From positions 448,001-512,000 of the forward strand of contig CAVPNL010000003.1 of the NCBI GenBank assembly GCA_963706575.1: 64,000 nucleotides of DNA. Reading direction: 5' to 3'. The DNA is from an uncultured delta proteobacterium (GTDB lineage Bacteria > Desulfobacterota > Desulfobacteria > Desulfobacterales > JAHEIW01). Below are positions 49,840 through 60,168 of the stretch, in pieces; the stretch's first letter is position 1; each line of letters starts with the position of its first letter. The translations under genes and the position numbers were made by a program. The notes under the pieces were generated by a model that searched no databases, had not been told where the DNA came from, and was given only the letters and a program-made list of their open reading frames with translations.

Positions 49840-50128
49840 TCGACATCGGATCGATCCAGAGCTATTTTTTTCGAAAAATTTTTTAAAAAAACCAAAATAA
49901 TTAAGCCCCTACCTCTTTACAAACAAAAAAGGGTGATTATTATTTCAGCACAATTCAACACAACCTGTTCAAATCCTTTATAAATATGTTTCAATTTTAA
50001 CTACGAGATTCGCTGGAAAGGAGGTGAAATTTTAACCCCGGAACAGACTAGGGAGCGTGCATTATTCGTATAACAATTTCAACACTTCGATATATATTTG
50101 ATACTATTCGAAAAGGAGAGCAAAAACG

Positions 50129-50416
50129 ATGAAACTCAGACCATTGCAAGATCGAATTTTAGTGCAACGCGTAGCAGAAGAGGAAAAAACCAAAGGGGGT
50201 ATCATTATACCGGATACCGCTAAAGAAAAGCCGGCCGAAGGCAAGGTTACTGCTGTGGGAAAGGGCAAGGTTGATGAAAACGGTAAACCCATCCCCATGG
50301 AGGTCAAAAAGGGCGATCGAATTCTATTTGGCAAATACTCCGGCACCGAGATTAAAATCGAAGGTGAAGAATATTTAATTATGCGTGAGGACGACGTACT
50401 CGGCATTATTGGTTAA
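50129..50416 (+). CDS. groES: Co-chaperonin GroES
   Basis: [31 protein letters not shown]. Confidence 0.98.
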   Translation: MKLRPLQDRILVQRVAEEEKTKGGIIIPDTAKEKPAEGKVTAVGKGKVDENGKPIPMEVKKGDRILFGKYSGTEIKIEGEEYLIMREDDVLGIIG

Positions 50417-50448
50417 AAAATAAAATTTCAGCAAATGATGGAGGTTAA

Positions 50449-52107
<1,659 letters not shown>

Positions 52108-52143
52108 GCACCTATTCGCCGATTCACCTGCAAAATAATCTGC

Positions 52144-52188
52144 AAAAAGCCCTCATGACATTTTTTTATGCCATGAGGGCTTTTTTTT
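52144..52188 (+). terminator. Rho-independent terminator of groESL
   Basis: aaaaagccctcatg ... catgagggctttttttt. Confidence 0.85.
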
Positions 52189-52221
52189 GCCGCCGATCAA
52201 CAACTGGCAGGATTGCAAAAC

Positions 52222-52250
52222 TTGACAAATCAGCCATAAACAGGTAATCT
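52222..52250 (+). promoter_or_regulatory. Sigma70 promoter of the LysM gene
   Basis: TTGACA-17-TAATCT. Confidence 0.6.
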
Positions 52251-52297
52251 TATTGTAAATAAATTTCTTTTTGATATTACTGCAAACTTAAAACGAA

Positions 52298-53335
52298 GTG
52301 GGGCTTCTGATGAATTTTAAAGTAAATTTCCGAAATAAAATGTGGGCGACAATCTTGCTGACAATGCTTCTGGTAATGCCGTTTCCGTCGGCGGCCGCCG
52401 AAAACGAAAAAGTAATCGAGCACGAAACCGGGTTTTACTACACGGTTCAGAAAGGCGACACGCTCTGGGATCTTAGCCGTAAATTTTCTGATTCTGCCTG
52501 GTTATGGCCGGAGATGTGGCAGGAAAACAGTCAGATCGCCAATCCCCATCGTATTTACCCGGGCGAGCGCATCCGCTTGCTCCGTCGAGTCGGCTCTCAA
52601 AAAATCAGTGAAAAGAAAACGGGGGTAGTGCCACCGACTCTGAAAGATCTCATCCACTATGGTTATAGCGCCCTTGACCGTGTCGGTTTTATTCGCAAGC
52701 AAGCGGTGGCGCCACACGGTGCTATTTTTAAGGTGCTGGAATCCAAAGTAATGATCAGCGATGATGACATTGTCTATATCCGCCCGGAAGGTGATTTTAG
52801 GCTGGTACCCGGCAAGCGCTACACCATCTATCGGACGTTAAAGCCGATCAGGGATCGATTCAACAACGAGTATATCGGCATTCAGCACCTGCTGACCGGT
52901 GTGGTCGAGATTACCCAGGTACAGCCAAACTATGCCATCGGAACGATAATCGCATCCTACCGGCCGATTAATCTTGAAGACAAATTAATGCCCTATTACC
53001 GGCGCACACCGGAAATCATTTTAAAAGACAGCCCCAGGGGCCTGGAGGGCAAAATCATTGAAGCCGAAGACCACAACAGAATCATCGGCGACCAGATGAT
53101 CGCCTTTATCGATAAGGGCAAAAAAGACGGAGTATATCCCGGACAATTTTACAACGTATTCCATCAGGCATCAGAGCACCTTAGTCCCAAAAAGCAAGGC
53201 AAAATAATGCTGGTCCCGTTTGATATTGCCGAACTACTGGTCGTTCACACTGAAAACACAACCGCCACGGTGGTCATAACAAAGGCCGATGTAGAATTTG
53301 AAGCGGGCTCAAAAATCCGCTCACCTGCTCCGTAA
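52298..53335 (+). CDS. Secreted LysM peptidoglycan-binding protein (possibly TsaP-like); start uncertain
   Basis: Signal peptide; YTVQKGDTLWDLS..WPEMW..N..IANPHRIYPG. Confidence 0.85.
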   Translation: MGLLMNFKVNFRNKMWATILLTMLLVMPFPSAAAENEKVIEHETGFYYTVQKGDTLWDLSRKFSDSAWLWPEMWQENSQIANPHRIYPGERIRLLRRVGSQKISEKKTGVVPPTLKDLIHYGYSALDRVGFIRKQAVAPHGAIFKVLESKVMISDDDIVYIRPEGDFRLVPGKRYTIYRTLKPIRDRFNNEYIGIQHLLTGVVEITQVQPNYAIGTIIASYRPINLEDKLMPYYRRTPEIILKDSPRGLEGKIIEAEDHNRIIGDQMIAFIDKGKKDGVYPGQFYNVFHQASEHLSPKKQGKIMLVPFDIAELLVVHTENTTATVVITKADVEFEAGSKIRSPAP

Positions 53336-53361
53336 TTCCACGTAAAACATTGACAGCATAT

Positions 53362-53402
53362 AAAAAAAGCGCCTTGCAGCTAAATATGCAAGGCGCTCTT
53401 TT
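53362..53402. terminator. Bidirectional terminator
   Basis: aaaaaaagcgccttgca-N8-tgcaaggcgctctttt. Confidence 0.8.
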
Positions 53403-53406
53403 ACTC

Positions 53407-53554
53407 TAGAAGTGGTTTCAAAACCTCAGATCAGGTCCAAGGGCAAGGCGTCAGGCCGATCGGGAAAGCGCAGCATACATTGGGTATGTGAGCATTTACC
53501 GGAGGCCTGCAACGAAGCCATTGGGCCTTAGATGGGGTTTTGAAACCGCTTCTA
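53407..53554. mobile_element. Family B MITE (148 bp)
   Basis: Same TIRs and subterminal sequence as the 41646 and 49360 copies. Confidence 0.88.
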
Positions 53555-53596
53555 AAAAATGAGCCCGGCAGAGGCCCATCCCTTGGCCGGCCGGCG

Positions 53597-56500
53597 CTAT
53601 TCGCTGAGCTCCATCCAGTAGGCGATACCGGTTTTGGCCGGTTTTTCGGTGATCGCGATAATACCGCCGCCGGAGGAGCTCATATATTTCTTCTCTCTTT
53701 CCTCGTCCAGTTTGATGATGGCCGGCGGTTGAATAAGGCCCGTCAGCTTTAAGCCGGATGGCGGAACTTTAACCGTCTTTCCATCGATTTCGACTTCGAC
53801 CATGTCTTGCTCATCAACGACACCATCATCATTAATATCAAACTGAATGGCCCCGATCGAACCGCCGGTGAAGGCATTGAGTTCCATAAAAACAGAGTTG
53901 CCCCCCGAGCTGCAACGGCTTTGTTCGGGAATAAAGCCGATGACGATCAAAATGCCATCTCTCAATATGACGTCGCCGATGACCCGCTCCCCGGGATAAA
54001 TGTTTAGATCCAGGTACCAGCCGGCATTATTGACGTTGTCGTCAGTTGGATCGGGCAATTGATTGGCCGGGTTATCGAAATCCGGCTCGGTATCCCAGAC
54101 CGGTTGGCCTTCAGTCAAGACCCGAACCGTTAATCCGGTTCCGGCGGAATCGACCTCAAAATCAGTTGCCGTCTGTCTCAACAGCTGCACTTGTTCTGAA
54201 AGATAGGGATTGGAAAGTTGTCTGCCGGCTTCGTTTCGACTCTGAAATAATCCCAGATATTCATTGTCGCTATCCAGGCTCCAGCCGTCGACGGGCTGAA
54301 AGACCGTGTCGCCGTAATCCCAGAGACCGTAAATTGTCTGAGTCTGAATATCTGAATAATCATCGAGGCCCAGGAATTTTCCGGTTCCGAAACAGACCAT
54401 CAAACCGCGCTCTTGAGGGTGGAACATGACATCCGGCCTGGAGGTGATGGGCTGGGGGGCGCCCGCCGGGTCTCTGGCCACAAAAAGGGACGCCGCTTTA
54501 CCGCCGCCGTCTTTAAAAGCCACACCCCAGTTTATGACCTGGTTGCTGATTAAATCAAATTTCCAGAGGTTGCCTTTGAGATCACCGGCATAGACGAAAT
54601 CCACCACGTCATCTTGGTTTACGTCAACGGCAATCGGGCTGGAGAGGCCATTGTCGGGCCCGCTCGCGGTTGCGATTTTTTTAATGACAGCACCCGTAAT
54701 GGCATCCAGGATAAACAGCACCGCGTCACCGTTTGGGCTGTTGTAACCGTTTCCGGTGATTACGACCCAGGAAGGCGCTGGCTTGTAAGACCGCACCACC
54801 GCAGGCTTGCTGAATGAATACCCCATATCCGCCGCATCCTCCGCCGATGTATCCTGGCGCGGAAACTCCCACAAGACCTGACCAGCGCTCATGGCAAGCG
54901 GGTTCGTAATGTCTAGCGCAAAATACCCCATAGCGCCTTTGCCCAAACCGCCCACCAGTATCGCCTGGTCGCCGGCTCGGCCCAGGAGGTTTTGGCCCTT
55001 TTGCACCGTGGGTGTCAGGTCCACATAAAAGCGGTGGTCGTAATTTATATCTATAAGGTCCCTGAGGTATTCAGTTACCAGATAGGGCACATAACCAAAG
55101 ATTTCGGTTCCGTCGCCGGCTTTAAATGCATGCAGCATGCCGTCGTTGGCGCCCACATAGACAACGTCATCGATAAAAACGGGCGAGGAGTGCACAATAT
55201 CTCCCAGCATGTTGGCTCGATTGCCGTCGCTGTCAGGGTCTTTGCCCCGGATAAATTCGACAACCTTCTCCGCCTCCGGGCCCAGTTTGTCTTTCTGGTC
55301 GCCGGTTAATTCGGTGTATTCAAACAACTGGCCCGATTGATCGCCATTAAAGGTCAGGATTTTGCGGCTGCTCCATGGTGTGGCCTGAAGTTTCTCGGCC
55401 GCAGACCATTTTACATCCTGCGGGGCTGTCAACACCTCTCCTGATACCGGATCAATACCATAAGCTTTTACATCCCCGCCCCATTCGTTATCGATGTAAC
55501 TGTAGCTCCCCTGAAAAATAAGAACATGCGGTCCGATTTTGCCGTACAGATAGTCTCCATTGACCGTCACCGCGGCGACGGATGTCGGCTGCCGTTCCTT
55601 GATGTCTTTGATAATTCCCAGCAGTCCCTCCACCAGCTTCTGGGGCTCGCCGGCGTTGACAAACACGCCCCTGCCGTTTACCGTGGCGTGCCACAGATCA
55701 TCGATGGATTCAGGCTGGCGGTCGCCGGTCACCTCGGGCCATTCCACGTATTCACCGCTGGTTTTTGATTTCATATAGTCTGCGCTGGTGCGGTCATCTT
55801 CATACGCTTCCGGATCGAGGGTTCCGGAAACCCCGAAGGCCACCGCAAAGGTGACCATATGCTGATGAGGCGCCTTATCCCATTTATTTGTCGGCACCTT
55901 ATCATCCATTGCAGGGATCAGGTCGGTCGCATAATAGTACATGGCAATATCGGCCAGGGTAACATCGTATGTATCGGTATAGGGCTGTTTACCGCCGCCC
56001 CACGCTTCGTTATCCGTGTCGCCATCGGCATTGCCCACCGTCGACGGGTTATAACTCCGGTCACTATAGTACCCGTCGGTGACAATGATCGTAAACGACT
56101 GTTGGCAATCCCCCCCATCTGCCGGATAGGGCGGATCCCCTTCCTCTCCCGCCAGGTTTCCGTCGTTGACCCGAAAGTACTCACCGACCTTTCGCAGGCC
56201 TGTCTTTAAGGGCGTGCCGCCACTGGATCGATAGGCATACAGGGTTTCTATGAGCGTATCGGATTCATCTTTGAATTCGCCGCTGATGACCGCTTCAATC
56301 GGTTTTAGCGGCGCAACAATTCTGCTGTTGATCCCCAAAATTCCAACGCGTACACCGTCCAGGTTACGAATGACCCGGGCAATGGCGGCCTTGGCCACAA
56401 ATTCGCGCCGGCGGTGATACGTAAACCAGTTGGCAAAATTCTGACGATCCTCGTCATAGGACCGCTGAATGTCGGCCGGTGCATCTGAAACCGATACGGG

Positions 56501-57232
56501 CGTAACCATTTCAATCTTGTCATTGGGTTCGAGGCCATCGTCGGTCGTAAAGGTATAATAAGAAATAGCACCTTTTTCCAGGATCACCAGGTAAGCGGTT
56601 CCATTGGTGGACTTCACGAAATAATGGGACCACGCAATCTTGAGATTGCCATCATCCGTTCCATTACCATCATTGTCTATGTCGACCGTAAATGACTCCT
56701 TATCCAGGTCGAGGGTTTTGGTCTGCAGGGGATGAACCAGAGGGTCATCGGGATCTGCCGCCGAAAAGATTTTATTATTATGGTCCGGCCAGGGCTCGTA
56801 AACGATATTGGGGTTGTAGTAAACCGCGTTGACTTCATGCCACCGGGAACGCCAGTATTTCCGGTCCTCCTTCTCCATATGTCTCCCAGCGTCCGTATAA
56901 TTATAACCATCACCCATGTTATCGAAAACATAACAGAACCCATCTGTATCTGAACGATCCGGATTCGGGAATTTTCCATCATATTCTCCCCGGACCAGGA
57001 TTTCATAGGTCATGCTGCCGGAATCATCCTGCAGGATCATCAGGTTGGTGGGCGGCGGATTGATCTTGGTAAACAGCGGCGCATCCGCCAGATCAACTGC
57101 GCCGTCTGCCGCCAGGGCGCCGAAAAACAGGACAACGGCCGTGAGTACGCAAAACCCAATGGCCAGTACCCGCAGTTCGCGCCCGGATCTTAATCTATGC
57201 AGGCAAGTGTTCAAATCGTTGGAATTAACCAT
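53597..57232 (-). CDS. pilY1: Type IV pilus tip adhesin PilY1/PilC (copy 2, intact); start re-called at 57232
   Basis: DDSGSM MIDAS-like motif, GGTPL, TDG, WHATVNGRG, GDIVHSSP, GANDGMLHAF, YAGDLKGNLWKFD, GWYLDL; SD GGAG. Confidence 0.93.
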   Translation of the reverse strand: MVNSNDLNTCLHRLRSGRELRVLAIGFCVLTAVVLFFGALAADGAVDLADAPLFTKINPPPTNLMILQDDSGSMTYEILVRGEYDGKFPNPDRSDTDGFCYVFDNMGDGYNYTDAGRHMEKEDRKYWRSRWHEVNAVYYNPNIVYEPWPDHNNKIFSAADPDDPLVHPLQTKTLDLDKESFTVDIDNDGNGTDDGNLKIAWSHYFVKSTNGTAYLVILEKGAISYYTFTTDDGLEPNDKIEMVTPVSVSDAPADIQRSYDEDRQNFANWFTYHRRREFVAKAAIARVIRNLDGVRVGILGINSRIVAPLKPIEAVISGEFKDESDTLIETLYAYRSSGGTPLKTGLRKVGEYFRVNDGNLAGEEGDPPYPADGGDCQQSFTIIVTDGYYSDRSYNPSTVGNADGDTDNEAWGGGKQPYTDTYDVTLADIAMYYYATDLIPAMDDKVPTNKWDKAPHQHMVTFAVAFGVSGTLDPEAYEDDRTSADYMKSKTSGEYVEWPEVTGDRQPESIDDLWHATVNGRGVFVNAGEPQKLVEGLLGIIKDIKERQPTSVAAVTVNGDYLYGKIGPHVLIFQGSYSYIDNEWGGDVKAYGIDPVSGEVLTAPQDVKWSAAEKLQATPWSSRKILTFNGDQSGQLFEYTELTGDQKDKLGPEAEKVVEFIRGKDPDSDGNRANMLGDIVHSSPVFIDDVVYVGANDGMLHAFKAGDGTEIFGYVPYLVTEYLRDLIDINYDHRFYVDLTPTVQKGQNLLGRAGDQAILVGGLGKGAMGYFALDITNPLAMSAGQVLWEFPRQDTSAEDAADMGYSFSKPAVVRSYKPAPSWVVITGNGYNSPNGDAVLFILDAITGAVIKKIATASGPDNGLSSPIAVDVNQDDVVDFVYAGDLKGNLWKFDLISNQVINWGVAFKDGGGKAASLFVARDPAGAPQPITSRPDVMFHPQERGLMVCFGTGKFLGLDDYSDIQTQTIYGLWDYGDTVFQPVDGWSLDSDNEYLGLFQSRNEAGRQLSNPYLSEQVQLLRQTATDFEVDSAGTGLTVRVLTEGQPVWDTEPDFDNPANQLPDPTDDNVNNAGWYLDLNIYPGERVIGDVILRDGILIVIGFIPEQSRCSSGGNSVFMELNAFTGGSIGAIQFDINDDGVVDEQDMVEVEIDGKTVKVPPSGLKLTGLIQPPAIIKLDEEREKKYMSSSGGGIIAITEKPAKTGIAYWMELSE

Positions 57233-57261
57233 GGAATATCTCCTGCAACGCATTTCTGGTG

Positions 57262-57747
57262 CTAAAATGCCCTGCGATAACCGATTTTTATGGTGGTTAC
57301 GCCCTGCTTTTCGGTGCGGCCGTAAATGACAAATCCATGCACTTTGGGTTGGCCCAGACCCAGTGAATAACCCGGAGGGGTTCCCTCGTAACCGGCTCTA
57401 AAACGGGTTTTGTTGCTGGAATCCAGGCTCGTTGCAACCGGCAGAGAGTTTGCCTCCCAGTCCGTTTTAAAATTCTCATCATCAATCGCTTTAATCCCCG
57501 GATCAACAAACGACAACCCTCTGGGGTTGGGATCATTGTGTAGCACGTCAACCGCTTGCATGGCGGCCCCTTCAGCCAGATACAAATTGCGCTGGTAGAC
57601 TGCGTCATTACCCGCAATCTGGACCTCGGTGTTGGCGGTATTGGTGGCCGCGATGCTGATAATCGTCAGCAGGGCCAGCAGCATAATGGTCGACATGATC
57701 AGAAAATAACCCTGCTCATTTTTTAACGGCTTCATCAGGTTCGACAT
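57262..57747 (-). CDS. pilX: Minor pilin PilX-like
   Basis: KNEQG|YFLI (no E5), LYLAEGA; directly upstream of pilY1. Confidence 0.8.
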   Translation of the reverse strand: MSNLMKPLKNEQGYFLIMSTIMLLALLTIISIAATNTANTEVQIAGNDAVYQRNLYLAEGAAMQAVDVLHNDPNPRGLSFVDPGIKAIDDENFKTDWEANSLPVATSLDSSNKTRFRAGYEGTPPGYSLGLGQPKVHGFVIYGRTEKQGVTTIKIGYRRAF

Positions 57748-57778
57748 GACGCTTTTGTCCTTATTCAATGAAATATCA

Positions 57779-58492
57779 TTATAAACCAATGTTGCGGCAC
57801 CTGACCCGCGTGGAATAGGTCCGGCTTACCGTTCCGCCGCGACCCGCCGGTTCCTGCATGGTCAGGGAAATCTCAACTGTCGCAATCCTGCCGGGATCGG
57901 TTGTCGGGTCGTTATTTCTGTCAAAATAATTAAAAGTGAGGGCTGAAACATTATTTTCCGTAAGGGATTCCCAAATAGGACCATCTATACCGCTTGCACC
58001 CCTGTATTTTTCTATGGCACCACCATTCAGCCGGTAGGCAATGAGCTCGTTTTCAATATTATCGTCCTCGTCCGGACATTTGATGGTCCCATCAGCGGCT
58101 CTGCAATTATCAATCCGGCCATCCATATCCGCATCCATGGTGAAAGCAATCTGGGTTGCATCCGTATCTGCGACCTCGCCGTTGTGGGCATCGTCAAAAA
58201 CGCTGGTATCATCAAAATTAGGCAGAATTGCGGCCGCGGCGCTCCCACCGGGATCAAAGCCCGCCATACGAATTTGCTGAATCATCAGCTCAATGCCGGC
58301 GCGCGCAACCTGCTGCACGTCGGCGGCGACGTTCTGCGTCGTATAGGATCGTCCCATAGTGGTAAAAAGGCTGACCGTGGCCGCCATCAGCACCGATGCC
58401 ATAGCAAGCCCCACCAGAATATCCACCAGCGTAAAGCCTTTCTGGCAGCCGGTGAGGCGAATTTTCTTGCGAACAAATCCGATCTCGATCAT
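57779..58492 (-). CDS. pilW: Minor pilin PilW-like
   Basis: QKG|FTLVDIL, IRMAGFDP, C-terminal RCRN. Confidence 0.82.
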   Translation of the reverse strand: MIEIGFVRKKIRLTGCQKGFTLVDILVGLAMASVLMAATVSLFTTMGRSYTTQNVAADVQQVARAGIELMIQQIRMAGFDPGGSAAAAILPNFDDTSVFDDAHNGEVADTDATQIAFTMDADMDGRIDNCRAADGTIKCPDEDDNIENELIAYRLNGGAIEKYRGASGIDGPIWESLTENNVSALTFNYFDRNNDPTTDPGRIATVEISLTMQEPAGRGGTVSRTYSTRVRCRNIGL

Positions 58493-58917
58493 GTCCCGTT
58501 CCCCTTTGTCAGCGTAGTCAATACAACGCTGCGGTCCCGGCCCCGCCACGACCAGTTGACGGTCACCTGAATTTCTCTGGAGGTATTGAAGCCCAGCGCA
58601 TCTTGAATCGTCCAGGTGCGCGTGTAAATGCCCCCCGGGTTGCCGTTTCCATCCCAGGGCCCATCGCTGAATGTCTGAAGCGTTTGAGGCAGCGTCGTGA
58701 TGTCAGGTGTGCTTTTCAGCAGTTCCATCTGTTGTCTGGCCAGCATGTTGGCCTGGGTCATGAGATTGCCGTTGGTATTGTTGCGGGTGGCCGAAAATAC
58801 AAGGGTGGCCACCGCTAAAAATCCGATGGCAAATATGGCAATCGAAACCAGGGCTTCAATCATCATGTAGCCTTTAGGATTTTTCACACAGACGCCATTT
58901 AATTCTATCCGTTTCAT
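58489..58917 (-). CDS. pilV: Minor pilin PilV-like
   Basis: KG|YMMIEAL, YTRTWTI, VTVNW. Confidence 0.82.
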   Translation of the reverse strand: MKRIELNGVCVKNPKGYMMIEALVSIAIFAIGFLAVATLVFSATRNNTNGNLMTQANMLARQQMELLKSTPDITTLPQTLQTFSDGPWDGNGNPGGIYTRTWTIQDALGFNTSREIQVTVNWSWRGRDRSVVLTTLTKGNGT

Positions 58918-58931
58918 TTTTTCCCCCAGAA

Positions 58932-59387
58932 TTATTCAACGCGAATTCGCCCTAAAGTGCTGACGATTATATTTTTTTGGTCGCCTTTGGTGTTCACCAG
59001 CACGGCACTGCCGGCTACCGGAATTCCCCTGCCGTTGAAGCGGGTTTTGTCCCCCATCGTGCCAAAACTGGTGCCGTCCAGATCAAGCCTGACACCGGCG
59101 GGCAATTGCCGGTTGCGAAGTGTTCTGGCGTTTCCATCTTTATCCGTATAGGTAACCTGATAATTTGTCGCGGTGAAAGTGACCGTTACCGGCGTTCTTT
59201 CCCGGACGGCTCTTGCCTTGGACATTTCTAAATCACCTTTCAAGTTGCCGGCAGCGCCTCTTAATTTGGCATTACTGCGCCAGCTGATGATGTTGGGCGT
59301 GACAATTGCCGACACCACGGCAATAACGGCGATGACGACCAGAAGCTCGAAAAGTGAAAACCCCCCATTTTTTTTCATGATCTCCAT
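58932..59387 (-). CDS. Minor pilin FimT/FimU (GspH-like)
   Basis: GG|FSLFELL, FNGRG, STLGRIR. Confidence 0.85.
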   Translation of the reverse strand: MEIMKKNGGFSLFELLVVIAVIAVVSAIVTPNIISWRSNAKLRGAAGNLKGDLEMSKARAVRERTPVTVTFTATNYQVTYTDKDGNARTLRNRQLPAGVRLDLDGTSFGTMGDKTRFNGRGIPVAGSAVLVNTKGDQKNIIVSTLGRIRVE

Positions 59388-59420
59388 TCTCCATGGGAAA
59401 AAAAAACCGGATGCCCTTTT

Positions 59421-59503
59421 CCCTCAGGCAACCCGGCTATCCGTCTTATGACGGACCCGCAGCTTTCCGTCTCCCGATTACTCGGGATTTGGCTTTATCA
59501 CGG
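59421..59503 (-). ncRNA. Cyclic di-GMP-I (GEMM-I) riboswitch
   Basis: Minus strand GATAAAGCCAAA-TCCCGA-GTAA-TCGGGA-GACGGAAAG-CTGCGGGTCCGTC-ATAA-GACGGATAGCCGGGTTGCC: P2 with GNRA loop, ACGGAAAG junction, P3 and GTTGCC end; about 35 nt upstream of the fimT start. Confidence 0.88.
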
Positions 59504-59642
59504 GGTGATAGAAAAAGTCCTCAAAAGGGGTCTCCCGGCTCCCCCCGAAGGCTTTATTTTATTGCTTTGGTAAATTTGCATCCATAGCGTATTGAGCGAA
59601 AGTAAATTCTATAAACATAGAATATCCAAGCATCCGGGAAAA

Positions 59643-59671
59643 AAATTATAGTAAAAACGTTCGCGTGTCAA
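59643..59671 (-). promoter_or_regulatory. Candidate sigma70 promoter for the riboswitch-fimT-pilVWXY1 operon
   Basis: Minus strand TTGACA with TATAAT at 15 nt or TAATTT at 17 nt. Confidence 0.5.
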
Positions 59672-60168
59672 TAAAAAGTCCGACAAAATGTCATATAACT
59701 AATAAGAATTAAAAGAAAATTTAGACTTCTTCTCAAAAAGCTGATTCGAATTAAAAACTCTGAAGCCCATTTTTTTGCCGGCGGCCGGATATTCAATCCA
59801 GGCATGATTATAGTGCCGATGAGCACGGACCGCTGCAAACAAATGGGCCGGACTGTCTTTACTGGTTATTGGCTCGCAAGAAATATACCAAAACTTACTA
59901 ATTCAAAATTAATATAATTTTCAATAGCTTAAAAACAATGTGAAAAAAAGTTCCACTTTCAAAACCGTATAAATGTGTAATTTAGGTAACAAAGATATGC
60001 AATTTTGTGTAATAAAAGTAAGAATCCTTTGTTATGCGGAAGGAATGGGACATGTTTTATCTTGGCGATAAGATGTGATCAATGCGATTCATCACTCCCC
60101 CGGCAGGGACATACAATTTCATGCATGTCCCCCGGGGGTTTTTGATGGTATTCAGCTCCAATCAATCC

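Noticed and set aside
49860..50128. CIRCE operator upstream of groES
   Set aside because: No TTAGCACTC-N9-GAGTGCTAA match.
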